A DNA stretch of 64,000 nt from Candidatus Omnitrophota bacterium (GCA_016867115.1 VGKG01000001.1:109403-173402); one strand, 5' to 3'; shown: positions 1-9,857, numbered from the stretch's first letter. Numbers and translations are program-made. Notes: generated by a model not told the origin, from the sequence alone.

Positions 1-398
1 TCTTCAATGTCCAGCTCATCAACGAATGAGCTGATCTCCCTGGCCCAAGGCAGGAATTCCGCGAATTCCTCGCGTTTCCTGAGTACCTCAGGAGCTTTTT
101 GCCTGGCAGCGTTGTAGATAAAGTAGGAGCTGTCTAAGTCGGAGCAGAGCCGGATGTGGGTCTTCTTGGCGACAAGGAACTTAATGAACTCATCCATGGA
201 GAAGAAGCGGCTGGGGAAAAATCCACTTTTCAGCCGCTGGCTGAGCTCCTTCTTAAGGAAGAGGGCGGGGCGCTTGCCGCCGAAGACGATGGCTATTCGG
301 CTTAAGTCCTTGTTCTTCTTGAGATAATTCTCTTCAAGATAGTCTGCAAGGCAGCTGATAAAGTTCTCGTTAAAGTTGTAAGTGATGATCTTAGCCAT
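1..398 (-). CDS. Hypothetical protein, N-terminal 132 aa only (continues beyond the window start); possibly the nuclease partner (AddB/RecB-like) of the upstream AddA-like helicase
   Basis: Read by hand, not in the ORF track. The minus-strand frame is open from an ATG at 398-396 to position 1 (MAKIITYNFNENFISCLADYLEENYLKKNKDLSRIAIVFGGKRPALFLKKELSQRL...). It overlaps the helicase stop by 8 nt, consistent with an operon partner. No motif I can name with certainty. Confidence 0.35.
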   Translation of the reverse strand, partial: MAKIITYNFNENFISCLADYLEENYLKKNKDLSRIAIVFGGKRPALFLKKELSQRLKSGFFPSRFFSMDEFIKFLVAKKTHIRLCSDLDSSYFIYNAARQKAPEVLRKREEFAEFLPWAREISSFVDELDIE

Positions 399-3300
399 CA
401 ACTTCCTCTACCTTCAATTCCTCTAAGTACAAAAGATACCCCTTTACCTCGAGCTTTGGATAAAGCTGGGCAATAATCTCCCTGTACTCCCTGATCTGCT
501 TGGCATAATCCAACTCTTCCTCTTCCCTGCTCTTGTAATCTACGATCCAGGCGGATTTGTCCGTGATGATAAGGCGGTCAAGGCGCTTGGTGTCGCCTGA
601 GCTATTCACCACTTCTTTTTCCTGGAAGACTTGCGCATCGCCTAAATAGAAATATTGCCTGAAACTCTTTGCCTCAAGCACCTTCCTGATCTTTGCTGCA
701 TAAGGAGAGAAATCCGCGATCTGCGGATACAAGTCCCTTGCGCTCTCAAGGCCCAGCTTGATCGCCTCTTCTTTATCCTGTTTATCCAGGTTAGCGACAC
801 TCGCCAGTATCTGATGCAGGACCTTGCCGCCTAAGAGTGCCTCGCGCTTCTCTAATAGCCGCTTGTCGCTGAACTCTTCTTTTAAGAATTCGTTCCACCT
901 CCAGTACCTTGCGCTTTCAATGTGCCTGGTTGCGCCTTCCTTATCCAAAGCAGCTTTAAGAGCAGCGGGCTTTCCCAAGATAAGGGGGCTCTCCGGAAAG
1001 AGAAAGCGCGCCACGTTATTTACGCTGCGCATCCCGTGCGGCACAAAGACATAGAGCTCATTTTCCGCGCGGGTGAGTGCAACGTAAATGGCGTTCAGCT
1101 CATCAGCGAACTCTCTTTTGTACTCCTTACGGTATCTCTCCTTCATCTCCTCAGAGAGCTGGGCGTATTTTTTATCCAGGCGTAGGAGCGCCAGGCCATC
1201 CGGCTCCTGCTCCACTACATAAGAGACTCTTCCTTTTGAAGTCTGGGAAGCCAGGTCATTGATATCCAGGTATAAGAAGGGGATGATCACTACCGGAAAG
1301 CCCAGGCCCTTGGCCTTATGAATGGTCATCACCCTGACTGCGTCCGCTCCGGAAGAATTGACAAAGAGCTTCTTCTCATCGATTGAGTCAAAATACTCCA
1401 GGAAATCAAAGATCCCCGGATGCTCCTCCTGGGCGCCGCGCACGATCTCAAGGAAATGCATGAAAAAACCCTGATGCTCGGGGAATTTATTAAACACCTG
1501 AAAGCGGCTTAAGATATCGACCAGAAGCTCATACAGGCCGATAAAACCCACCTCGCTGTAGGATTCCTCGAATAAATCCTTCCAGGTCTTCGGAAAGTTC
1601 CTGCGGAATTCACGGAAAATATAAAAACCTTTTTCCCGGGTGAGTTTATCTCTCAGGCCAAAGAGAAAATCATGCATCTTCTCTTTTTCTAGGCCCGATG
1701 CCTCAAGAAAAAGGTCGCCTAAGATAAAGGCGCCGAATGAGAGGTTATCAATGGGTGAGTTCAGGAAGCGTAATAACGCGACTAATTCCCTGATGAACTT
1801 ATTATTCTTGATATTGAGCGTCTTTTCTGACTCAACCGGGATATTCTTCTCGATCAGCCAGGAGCTGACCAGCTCCACCTCGTCATTTCCGCGGCAAAGA
1901 ATAGTGATATCCGCCTTACGCAAGCTCTTCCGGGTAAGCTCATCAATAAGCGCGATCGTCTTTGCCTTGGCCAGCTCATCCCGCTCTTCTCCGTTAGGCG
2001 CGATGAGCGGCTCAAGGCTCACTAAGCCTTGCAATTCAGGCTTATATTCCTGCCTCGGGCCCTCAAAGACCCTGAGGATCTCCTGCATGTCTTCTGCGTT
2101 AAAATATTTAAGCTCATTATTCACCGCCTTCTGCTGCTCCTCCAGGAAGCGCTTCAGGTTTTCGGGGCTAAAGACCGCGTTGTTAAACTCAACGATCTCT
2201 TTTGCGCTACGGTAATTGCGCTTCAGGAAATCCACTCTTATTTGAGCCTTAAGTTCCTGCTTTATCCTGTCGAATAATTCCACTTCTCCGCCGCGGAAAC
2301 TGAATATCGCCTGCTTCTTGTCTCCGACATAGAAAAGCGTGCCGCCGGTTGAGAGCGCTTCCTCGACCATCTGATAAAGGTTCATCCACTGCAGGACACT
2401 TGTGTCCTGGAACTCATCGATCAGGTAATGGCGCAGGCGCATGGCGATGGATAGATACAGCTCAGGCACAGTGACCCCGTTTTCCCGGATTAAAGAATTG
2501 GCCTGCTGGTTTAATTCCTCAAGGAACATCACGTCGTCTTTATGCGAATAGGTGCGCAGCGCCAGATACACCAGGTTAAAGATATCCACGTAGCAATTAA
2601 AATAAGAGCGGGCTTCCTCCCCGGAGAGTTCGGTAGTTGTTTTACGGATCTCTTTCCAGAGTTTCTCAAGATCCGCGGGCGCTTTGGCGTTCTTGTTCAT
2701 GGGAAGCTCATCTTTTAAAAAGTTGGCCTTGGTCAGGTCCTTAAAATCAAAGATCTCCGGGTTATCCCCTACAAATCTCTCAAGAGTATTGTAAAAAGTC
2801 CCGTTTATGCCTTCGGGCGCCTGTTTAAGGAGTTTTTTATAAAGGCCAAGGAGCTTCTGTTTCTCTTCATAAAGGTCGCGCTTACCTAACGCAAACTTCT
2901 TAAACGGCCCGGAATAAACATTAAAGTGATAGAGCATCGCGCCAAGGATAGTGAGGATATCTTTTTTGGGCAGCCAGGTCTCTTTGCCTTCCAGGTAAAT
3001 GTATTGGCGGAGAAAACCGTCGAAGGCCTTCCTGATCGCCTTATCGCGAAGGGCCTGCTCAATGCAGGCATCAAGACTTAAGGTGAGATAATCATCCCGG
3101 TCATCACGGATCTGAAAGCCGGCGGAGAGGCCGATCTGATAAGAGCAACCCAGAAGGATCATGTTGATGAAGCTATCAATGGTCTTGACCTGAAAATAAT
3201 TGTAGTTAGTGGCGATGTGATCCATCACCTGGCGCGCTCTGGCAGGGGCCTCGTCTTTGGGGATAGTGAGGCTATCCAGGATATCTTTTTCCAGGGAGGG

Positions 3301-3519
3301 GTCTTTGAGCGCTATTTTTTTGAGGAACTCAAGGATGCGCTCCTTCATCTGGCGGGCGGCTTTATTGGTGAAGGTGATGGCCAGGATCGATTCGATATCT
3401 TGGGGATGGCTTTCGGGGCTTAAGATGAGGCCGAGGTATTGCTTGGCCAGGCAAAAGGTCTTGCCTGAGCCGGCAGAGGCCTCGGTGACATGCACATAGG
3501 GCGTTTTAGAACGGCTCAT
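391..3519 (-). CDS. UvrD/PcrA-family ATP-dependent helicase with C-terminal PD-(D/E)XK nuclease domain (AddA/RecB-like helicase-nuclease)
   Basis: Walker A motif ASAGSGKTF near the N-terminus; UvrD-like helicase motifs; C-terminal IVDYKS-type nuclease motif; 1042 aa. Its start ATG overlaps the stop of the upstream gene (ATGA). Confidence 0.85.
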   Translation of the reverse strand: MSRSKTPYVHVTEASAGSGKTFCLAKQYLGLILSPESHPQDIESILAITFTNKAARQMKERILEFLKKIALKDPSLEKDILDSLTIPKDEAPARARQVMDHIATNYNYFQVKTIDSFINMILLGCSYQIGLSAGFQIRDDRDDYLTLSLDACIEQALRDKAIRKAFDGFLRQYIYLEGKETWLPKKDILTILGAMLYHFNVYSGPFKKFALGKRDLYEEKQKLLGLYKKLLKQAPEGINGTFYNTLERFVGDNPEIFDFKDLTKANFLKDELPMNKNAKAPADLEKLWKEIRKTTTELSGEEARSYFNCYVDIFNLVYLALRTYSHKDDVMFLEELNQQANSLIRENGVTVPELYLSIAMRLRHYLIDEFQDTSVLQWMNLYQMVEEALSTGGTLFYVGDKKQAIFSFRGGEVELFDRIKQELKAQIRVDFLKRNYRSAKEIVEFNNAVFSPENLKRFLEEQQKAVNNELKYFNAEDMQEILRVFEGPRQEYKPELQGLVSLEPLIAPNGEERDELAKAKTIALIDELTRKSLRKADITILCRGNDEVELVSSWLIEKNIPVESEKTLNIKNNKFIRELVALLRFLNSPIDNLSFGAFILGDLFLEASGLEKEKMHDFLFGLRDKLTREKGFYIFREFRRNFPKTWKDLFEESYSEVGFIGLYELLVDILSRFQVFNKFPEHQGFFMHFLEIVRGAQEEHPGIFDFLEYFDSIDEKKLFVNSSGADAVRVMTIHKAKGLGFPVVIIPFLYLDINDLASQTSKGRVSYVVEQEPDGLALLRLDKKYAQLSEEMKERYRKEYKREFADELNAIYVALTRAENELYVFVPHGMRSVNNVARFLFPESPLILGKPAALKAALDKEGATRHIESARYWRWNEFLKEEFSDKRLLEKREALLGGKVLHQILASVANLDKQDKEEAIKLGLESARDLYPQIADFSPYAAKIRKVLEAKSFRQYFYLGDAQVFQEKEVVNSSGDTKRLDRLIITDKSAWIVDYKSREEEELDYAKQIREYREIIAQLYPKLEVKGYLLYLEELKVEEVDG

Positions 3520-5606
3520 TTTGCCTTGCCGGTGCCGTATCGGGTATAGATGTAGGAGACGCCTAAGAAGAGGATGCCCAGGATTATGAAGCTGATGATC
3601 TTATAGATTACCGGCAGGTTCACCAGGTCCACGAAGACGACGCGTAGAAGCGTAAGCCCAAAGATGAGGAAGCCGGCGAGCCGGAAGATCTTATCCTTTG
3701 CCAGGAAGCCGGTGATAAATAAGAGGACTCCGAGAGCTCCCAGGCCAAGCGAGATCCAGGTGCGCGTAACATAGATGTGCACTGCGACCACGCAAAGAAA
3801 GGCCAGGATCACAAAGATGAGCCTGACTAAAGGCGGCTCCCATGTCCGCACAAGCGCCTTATTTCTGATCCGGCGGTAAAGAAAATAACCGGCGCTTAAA
3901 GCGATCAATTCTGCTCCTACCATAAGCCACTTGACCGGAGCCTCAAAATAGGCGTGGGTATCGATAAAGGTAAAACGGTAGGCCATAACCGCAACCAGCG
4001 CCAGGTAACAAAGACGCAGAAACTTATCCTGCAGCAGTACCCCTGCGCCGATGATAAAGAGCGCCTCCATAGCTAAAGTAAAGGTGAGCCACTCTAAGGG
4101 CAGGATGAGCCAGAGGAACATGGTCAGATAAATCGTAGCTAACCCTGAGTATATGGCGCCAAAGTTTTCCTCTAAATTAGTGACCTCATTCCTCTTCTTT
4201 AGGGTTCGGCTAAGCAGGAAACAGGCGCTCAAAGAGGCCAGGCCGATAAAGGCGATCAGGTTATTGCAGGCTATCTTCCCGCCGAAGAAAGCGACTTTGC
4301 AATATTTGCTGAAATCAAGGGTCACCCATTTAAAGAATAATAAAAACGCCAGAGCAAAAGAAAAATACCTGAAGACCTTCTGCCTGAAGGCAAAGCCGAA
4401 AAATACGAGGAACGGCAGCTCGACCAGCCAGACCAGGTTAGTGTGGAAAAAGATGAACTTAAGGGGCACAGCCAGGGTGAGTAGGGATAAGGCGATCGCC
4501 ATGTTGCTGGTAAAGAGCTTCTCTTTCCTTGCCCTTAGCATGATCAGGGCAATGACCAGGTAAACAATGCCGAGGAAGAAGATAAAGTTAAACTTCTGCG
4601 CCGGAAAGAGCCTGATCAGTTTCGGATAGACCATAAAGAAATAAAAGATGAAGTTGCAGAGTTCCGCTGCCGCAAGCTTGTTGTAGACTTTTCTTTCCTT
4701 GTCTTCCCTGATCAGGTGCACTCCGGCGGTAAAGAGAAACCAGTAAAGAGTCAGGAACGCGCCGTTGATCAGAAAATAGGCCTGGTCAGTGTTAAGGTCA
4801 ATAGTGACGATGGTTGAAAAATATATCTGCTTTATCGTCCAGAAAAAATGGGTGAAGTAAGTAAAGAAGATCCCCAGGAAGATGAACTTAAGCCACTGCA
4901 ATTTGTAGACCAGGGTGAGAGTGACTATGGCAAGCAGGGCGCAGCTCCAGAAGGTAAAATAAGTCACGTCTCCGAGGGTCGCGGTAAAATAGGCGATAAA
5001 GAGGGAAACCGCGGTGAGCGCCTCTGACTTGTATCTAAGGTAATAAAAGATCATCCCTAAGGCTACCGCTGTCAGAAGGAAAAGATCCAGGAGCTGGTTA
5101 TTAATGATCTTAGAGGCATCAAAATGATACATGGCGTAGGTGGTAAAATAAATGATCGCCCAGGCGCCGGCCAGAAGCACCCGGCCGTAGTTGACGAACT
5201 TCTCTTTCTTCTGCTGCCTCTGGCCAAAGAAAAATAAGGCTGCTGCCAGCACATAACCGAAAGCGATCTTGGCAGCCGGGCCAAAGTAACGGAAGGCATA
5301 GGCGATAAAGAAGGCGATGCCAAGAGTAAAGATAATGATCCCGATCTTATTCAGCCAGAACTTCCCCAAGTCTGCTTCGACATCCTTCTTCACCGCGACC
5401 CTTTCTTTGACCACCGGCCGGGGCGGCTCCTGCCGGAGAACTTCCTTTGCCGGCTGCAGCATTTCTTCTTTCGGTAAAGCGGATATCTTAATCTCAAGCA
5501 CAGCTATCCGGTTACGCAAGTCATTGAATGCGGCCCTGATGTCTTCCAGTTCTTTTTTTAGGCCGGATAATGCGCCTTTCTGATCCTGATTATTATCGGC
5601 TGTCAT
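3516..5606 (-). CDS. DUF2339-like polytopic membrane protein with N-terminal coiled-coil
   Basis: N-terminal coiled-coil (LKKELEDIRAAFNDLRNRIAVLEIKISAL) followed by more than 20 hydrophobic helices. AGGAGGA Shine-Dalgarno sequence before the ATG. The stop is ATGA-coupled to the helicase gene. Confidence 0.6.
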   Translation of the reverse strand: MTADNNQDQKGALSGLKKELEDIRAAFNDLRNRIAVLEIKISALPKEEMLQPAKEVLRQEPPRPVVKERVAVKKDVEADLGKFWLNKIGIIIFTLGIAFFIAYAFRYFGPAAKIAFGYVLAAALFFFGQRQQKKEKFVNYGRVLLAGAWAIIYFTTYAMYHFDASKIINNQLLDLFLLTAVALGMIFYYLRYKSEALTAVSLFIAYFTATLGDVTYFTFWSCALLAIVTLTLVYKLQWLKFIFLGIFFTYFTHFFWTIKQIYFSTIVTIDLNTDQAYFLINGAFLTLYWFLFTAGVHLIREDKERKVYNKLAAAELCNFIFYFFMVYPKLIRLFPAQKFNFIFFLGIVYLVIALIMLRARKEKLFTSNMAIALSLLTLAVPLKFIFFHTNLVWLVELPFLVFFGFAFRQKVFRYFSFALAFLLFFKWVTLDFSKYCKVAFFGGKIACNNLIAFIGLASLSACFLLSRTLKKRNEVTNLEENFGAIYSGLATIYLTMFLWLILPLEWLTFTLAMEALFIIGAGVLLQDKFLRLCYLALVAVMAYRFTFIDTHAYFEAPVKWLMVGAELIALSAGYFLYRRIRNKALVRTWEPPLVRLIFVILAFLCVVAVHIYVTRTWISLGLGALGVLLFITGFLAKDKIFRLAGFLIFGLTLLRVVFVDLVNLPVIYKIISFIILGILFLGVSYIYTRYGTGKAK

Positions 5607-5642
5607 GGGCTTCCTCCTGACGGGTTTTTGCCATAATCTGTC

Positions 5643-5670
5643 TTGACAATGCCCTATTTTCGGGTATACT
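5643..5670 (+). promoter_or_regulatory. Sigma70-type promoter for rpmB: TTGACA, 16-nt spacer, TATACT
   Basis: TTGACA at 5643-5648 and TATACT at 5665-5670 with a 16-nt spacer. AAGGAG ribosome-binding site at 5685-5690, 9 nt before the ATG at 5700. Confidence 0.5.
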
Positions 5671-5699
5671 TAAAATCCTATTATAAGGAGTGAGAAAAA

Positions 5700-5930
5700 A
5701 TGCTTAAAATCTGCGCTTTATGTAAAAAAGGTGAAATGCCGGGTAAGACGATCGCCCGCAAAGGCCAGTACAAGGCCAAGGGCGGGACCGGTAGCAAGAT
5801 CGCCCGCTGGACCATGCGGCGCTTCATGCCAAACTTGCAGAAAATGACTCTCATCATCAAGGGACATCCAAAGAGGGTTTACGTCTGCGCCAAATGCATC
5901 AAAAAGGGCGATTTCCGCAAAGCCGCCTAA
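5700..5930 (+). CDS. rpmB: 50S ribosomal protein L28
   Basis: RRFMPNLQ motif and CxxC...CxxC zinc-ribbon spacing typical of L28; 76 aa; own promoter and ribosome-binding site. Overlaps recJ by 4 nt in convergent orientation. Confidence 0.8.
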   Translation: MLKICALCKKGEMPGKTIARKGQYKAKGGTGSKIARWTMRRFMPNLQKMTLIIKGHPKRVYVCAKCIKKGDFRKAA

Positions 5931-7615
5931 CGTAAGATTATATCCTTGGCCTCCAGGATCACCGAATCTAACCCTCTCCAGCTATCCATCCGGGGACTAT
6001 AAATCATCTCAAAAGAATCAGCGCTCAGCAGGCTCTCTTTAAAACCGCTCATCCCGAAACCGATCGCCTGATACGTGAGATCCCCATCCGTCACCCAGAA
6101 CTTCAGGGTCTCCCGCGCCAGGGTCTGCGGTTCGCCCTTTAAGCGCAGATTCCGGGTGTAGAATAGAGGCTCTGGATTTCCTGCGCCAAAGGGCTCTAAA
6201 AGCTCCAATTCCTCGATCACCTGCCCGTTTAAATCCTTAAAACCCAACTCCATATCCACATCGAGGCTCGGCAGAAGGTCTTCAAGAGACATCTTCTCAT
6301 GCGCCAGGCGGTTGATATTATCACGGAAATCCCTGATACTGTCCTTGGTGATCAGGAGCCCGGCAGCATGGGCATGCCCGCCAAAGCTATCCAGAAAACC
6401 GCGGCACTCAAAGAGCGCGTCAAACAAATGGAAGTTCTTGGTGGAGCGGGCTGAACCCTTGCATACTCCGTCATTCACCGAGATGACGATCGCCGGACGG
6501 TAAAACATGTCCGCAAGCTTGCTGGCGACGATACCCAGTACCCCGTGATGCCAGTCTTCCTTGGCAATGACAATGACCTTATGCTCCTTAAAGTTTACCT
6601 CGCGGTTGATCAGGTCCTGGGCTTCTTCGAAGATCTTACCCTCTACTTTCTGGCGCTGGCGGTTGTAACCCTCAAGAGCCTCGGCCAGCTCTTCTGCCTC
6701 ATCCATATTATCCGAAAGCAATAATTTAAGCGAAGTTTCGGCAGTATCCATGCGGCCGCTGGCATTGAGGCGCGGGGCAAGGATAAAGCTCACATAGGTG
6801 GAAGTAAACTCCTTATCCTGGATACCGGCGTTCTCGATCAGGACCCGAAGGCCCGGACGCTTTGTCTGCGGTAATTGCTTCAGGCCTTCTCTGGCAATGA
6901 TGCGGTTCTCGCCAATTAGCGGAACGCTGTCGGCAATAGTGCCTAAAGAGACCAGATCCAGCTCTTCGGAGAGAGTAGATCCGGCTAGAGCCTGGCAAAA
7001 CTTATAAGCCACGCCTACTCCGGCAAGCTCACGGAACTTGTAACCGCTGTTTTTTATCTTGGGATTAAGGATGGCTGCGGCCTCAGGAAGTTTATCGGTT
7101 GCCGGCTCATGGTGGTCGGTGATGATCGTCTCGATCCCGGCGCGTTTAAGTTCTTCCACCCGGGCGTGATTGCTTATGCCGCAGTCAACCGTGATCAGGA
7201 GCTTCACCCGCATCTCTTTAGCCGCCTGCGCGATATTTTTGGTCAGGCCATAGCCCTCTTTTATACGGTGGGGCAGGTAATGCAGGGCTTTTATCCCGAG
7301 CTTCGCCAGGGTCTCTTTTAATAAGGCGGCTGCGGTGATCCCGTCCACATCGTAGTCCCCGAAGATCAGGACCTTATCCTTATTTTTAGCCGCTTTTTTC
7401 ACCAGGCTGACCGCCTTCTGCATGTCAGGAAAAGAAAGCGGGTCGAGAAAATTATCAGTTGAGATATTCAGGAACTTTTGCGCTTCATTCGGGTCAGCGA
7501 GATTGCGGTTGATCAGGACCTGGGCGAGAATGGTTGAGATGCGCAGTTTACGGCTTAAGGTATTTTGCAGGGACGGGTCAGGCTTTGCAATTTTGAGGAT
7601 TTTATGGCTGGACAC
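5927..7615 (-). CDS. recJ: Single-stranded-DNA-specific exonuclease RecJ (DHH/DHHA1)
   Basis: DHH family motifs (VLIFGDYDVDGITAAALL, ITDHH); 562 aa. Confidence 0.9.
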   Translation of the reverse strand: MSSHKILKIAKPDPSLQNTLSRKLRISTILAQVLINRNLADPNEAQKFLNISTDNFLDPLSFPDMQKAVSLVKKAAKNKDKVLIFGDYDVDGITAAALLKETLAKLGIKALHYLPHRIKEGYGLTKNIAQAAKEMRVKLLITVDCGISNHARVEELKRAGIETIITDHHEPATDKLPEAAAILNPKIKNSGYKFRELAGVGVAYKFCQALAGSTLSEELDLVSLGTIADSVPLIGENRIIAREGLKQLPQTKRPGLRVLIENAGIQDKEFTSTYVSFILAPRLNASGRMDTAETSLKLLLSDNMDEAEELAEALEGYNRQRQKVEGKIFEEAQDLINREVNFKEHKVIVIAKEDWHHGVLGIVASKLADMFYRPAIVISVNDGVCKGSARSTKNFHLFDALFECRGFLDSFGGHAHAAGLLITKDSIRDFRDNINRLAHEKMSLEDLLPSLDVDMELGFKDLNGQVIEELELLEPFGAGNPEPLFYTRNLRLKGEPQTLARETLKFWVTDGDLTYQAIGFGMSGFKESLLSADSFEMIYSPRMDSWRGLDSVILEAKDIILR

Positions 7616-9249
7616 TACATCTTCTCCGGAGCAGAGACGCCCAAGAGTTTAAGCCCGGTAGCAAGCACTATGCGGGTAGCCTCGATCAGAGAGAGCCTTG
7701 CCCGCGTAAGCGCGTCGTTATCGCCTAAAACGCGGTGCAGGTCGTAAAACTTATGGAAGCTCTCGGCAAGCTCCTGTAAATAGACGGTAAGCATGTAGGG
7801 GTCGGTGGTGGTCAGGCAGATATTCAGCGTCGCCTCAAAATGCCAGAGCTTCTTGATCAGGGAAAGCTCTTCTTTCTCCTTTAATACCGAAAGGTCTTCC
7901 CCCTTATTGACCCTGATCTTGCCTGAACGCAGGATGCTTGAGATACGGGCATGCGCATACTGCACGTAATAGACCGGGTTCTCCGAGGTCTGTTTTTTGG
8001 CCACATCCAGGTCAAAATCCAGGTGGCTTGAAGTCCGGCGCATCATAAAGAAGAAACGCGAGGCGTCGCGGCCGACCTCATCCAGGACCTCCTGCAGGGT
8101 GATGTACTCTCCCCTACGCGTGGACATCTGCACCGGCTTACCCTCCCGGAAGATCGTAGCCAGCTGCACGATAATTACCGCCAGCGACTCCTTAGGATGC
8201 CCCAGGGCCTCGACTGAAGCCTCAAGGCGCTTGATGTATCCGTGATGGTCCGGGCCCCAGAGATTGATCAACCAGTCAAAGCCGCGGCGATACTTTTCCC
8301 GGTGATAGGCGATGTCAGGAGCCAGATACGTATAAGATTTATCGCTCTTAATCACCACGCGGTCCTTGTCATCGCCGAAGCCAGTAGATTTAAACCAGAC
8401 CGCGCCCTCCTGCTCGTAAATAAAACCTCTCTTCTTTAAGTCCTCAAGGGCCTTTTCAATCTTACCGCTCTGGCGCAATTTCTTCTGGCTTGACCAGTAA
8501 TCAAACTTCACTCCGAAGGCAACTAATTCCTTCTTAATGATATCCAGGATATAGTTTGCGGCAAAGTCCCCCAGATCTTCTTTTCTGATCTTTCTTTTCT
8601 GCGCCACCTTCGCAATATCATAGATATAATCTCCCTGATAATAATTCTCGGGGAACTCTAAACTTTCTCCGGACAATTCCTGCATGCGCAGCCGCACCGA
8701 ATCGCCCAGGATATTGATCTGGTTACCCTCATCATTCAGGTAATATTCCCGCTTGACCTTAAAGCCTATGAAGGCAAGAATATTTGCCAGGCTGTCTCCC
8801 ACCGCTGCCTGGCGGGCGTGGGCTACGGATAGAGAGCCGGTAGGATTTGCGCTGACAAACTCAATCAGCGTAGGCCGGTTATGGCCGAGATTCACGGCAA
8901 GGGCCTTCTCTTTCCTGGCTACGATATCGCGCAGCTCTTCGTAAAAGAACTTCTCCTGCAGGTAAAAATTGATGAATCCTGCGCCTTCGATCTTTATTTC
9001 TCTGATGTAGCCGGCGGCTTCGGAATCCCCAAGCGCCTTATTCAGCGCCTCGACTATTTTTGCGGCGATATCGCGGGGAGGAAGTTTGGTGGATTTGCTG
9101 ATCTGAAGGGCGACATTGGTAGAGAGTTCCCCGAAACGCGGGTCAGTGGGAAAATCAAGGATGATCCCCGGGCCTTGCGCGCCTTCCGGATAAAACTCCT
9201 TAAGAGAGTGCTGAAGCGCGGATATAAGAGATTCCTGGATATTTTTCAT
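7615..9249 (-). CDS. argS: Arginine--tRNA ligase
   Basis: Class I HIGH-like motif SANPTGSLSVAHARQ, DALR anticodon-binding C-terminus; 544 aa. Confidence 0.9.
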   Translation of the reverse strand: MKNIQESLISALQHSLKEFYPEGAQGPGIILDFPTDPRFGELSTNVALQISKSTKLPPRDIAAKIVEALNKALGDSEAAGYIREIKIEGAGFINFYLQEKFFYEELRDIVARKEKALAVNLGHNRPTLIEFVSANPTGSLSVAHARQAAVGDSLANILAFIGFKVKREYYLNDEGNQINILGDSVRLRMQELSGESLEFPENYYQGDYIYDIAKVAQKRKIRKEDLGDFAANYILDIIKKELVAFGVKFDYWSSQKKLRQSGKIEKALEDLKKRGFIYEQEGAVWFKSTGFGDDKDRVVIKSDKSYTYLAPDIAYHREKYRRGFDWLINLWGPDHHGYIKRLEASVEALGHPKESLAVIIVQLATIFREGKPVQMSTRRGEYITLQEVLDEVGRDASRFFFMMRRTSSHLDFDLDVAKKQTSENPVYYVQYAHARISSILRSGKIRVNKGEDLSVLKEKEELSLIKKLWHFEATLNICLTTTDPYMLTVYLQELAESFHKFYDLHRVLGDNDALTRARLSLIEATRIVLATGLKLLGVSAPEKM

Positions 9250-9285
9250 GGCACTAAAATGACCTACAGAGTAAAAGAGGCAAAC

Positions 9286-9651
9286 CTAAAGTGAGGCGGG
9301 GACCTTACTGGGGATCCTTATGCGCTTAGCGTCGGACCAGAGGCGCTCTAAAGAATAAAACTCTCTCATCGGTTTGTGGAAGATGTGCACGACTACGCTC
9401 ACATAATCCAGAACTATCCAGCCGGATTCATCGTTGGATAGGGCCTGAGAGAGAGATTTTATCCTGTCCTTAGCTAAGTCTTGCAGTATTGCATCGGCAA
9501 AGCCATGGACCTGGCGCAGCGAATCGCCGCTAAGGATCACAAAATAATCGCAGAACGCGCCGGCAGGCTTAAGGTCAAGGACAGTGACCTTCTTCGCCTT
9601 TTTCGCCCTGGCTAGAGCCGCTATTCGTAAAGCTAACCTTTTAGCCTCTAT
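9286..9651 (-). CDS. rsfS: Ribosomal silencing factor RsfS (Iojap/DUF143). The 5' end is uncertain: no canonical start codon is available in the conserved N-terminal region
   Basis: Conserved block VTVLDLKPAGAFCDYFVILSGDSLRQV...WIVLDYVSVVVHIFHKPMREFYSLERLW matches the RsfS fold. This conserved region extends upstream of the only canonical start (GTG at 9540) back to the TAG at 9664-9666. I propose an ATA codon at 9651-9649, 8 nt after a GGAGG at 9664-9660. See findings. Confidence 0.6.
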   Translation of the reverse strand: MEAKRLALRIAALARAKKAKKVTVLDLKPAGAFCDYFVILSGDSLRQVHGFADAILQDLAKDRIKSLSQALSNDESGWIVLDYVSVVVHIFHKPMREFYSLERLWSDAKRIRIPSKVPASL

Positions 9652-9663
9652 TAGCGCTGCCTC

Positions 9664-9813
9664 CTATTTCTTGCCCAGGATCTTGTACATCCCGGTTCCG
9701 CATGCAGGGCATTTGCCTTTCATGGCCTGACGCTTGTTCTTCATGGTGACTGTCTGGGTGTCCTTCATCTCTTGCATACCTTTGCACTTTACGCAATAAC
9801 CTTTTTCTGCCAT
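9664..9813 (-). CDS. Small CxxC...CxxC zinc-ribbon protein (49 aa), possibly DUF5679-like
   Basis: MAEKGYCVKCKGMQEMKDTQTVTMKNKRQAMKGKCPACGTGMYKILGKK. AAGGAGG ribosome-binding site 6 nt before the ATG at 9813. A consensus promoter lies immediately upstream. The ORF-track version (60 aa) starts at an earlier ATG that has no ribosome-binding site. Confidence 0.5.
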   Translation of the reverse strand: MAEKGYCVKCKGMQEMKDTQTVTMKNKRQAMKGKCPACGTGMYKILGKK

Positions 9814-9857
9814 TTGAATCCTCCTTTTTCTCTTAAAAAGCGGCAAATTATGTTTTT

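Noticed and set aside
9664-9666. Possibility that TAG is recoded as a sense codon (alternative genetic code) to explain the zinc-ribbon/RsfS in-frame junction
   Set aside because: TAG clearly terminates other well-conserved genes in the window (recJ at 5927-5929, trpC at 14824-14826, rplS at 35575-35577) at the positions expected from homology.
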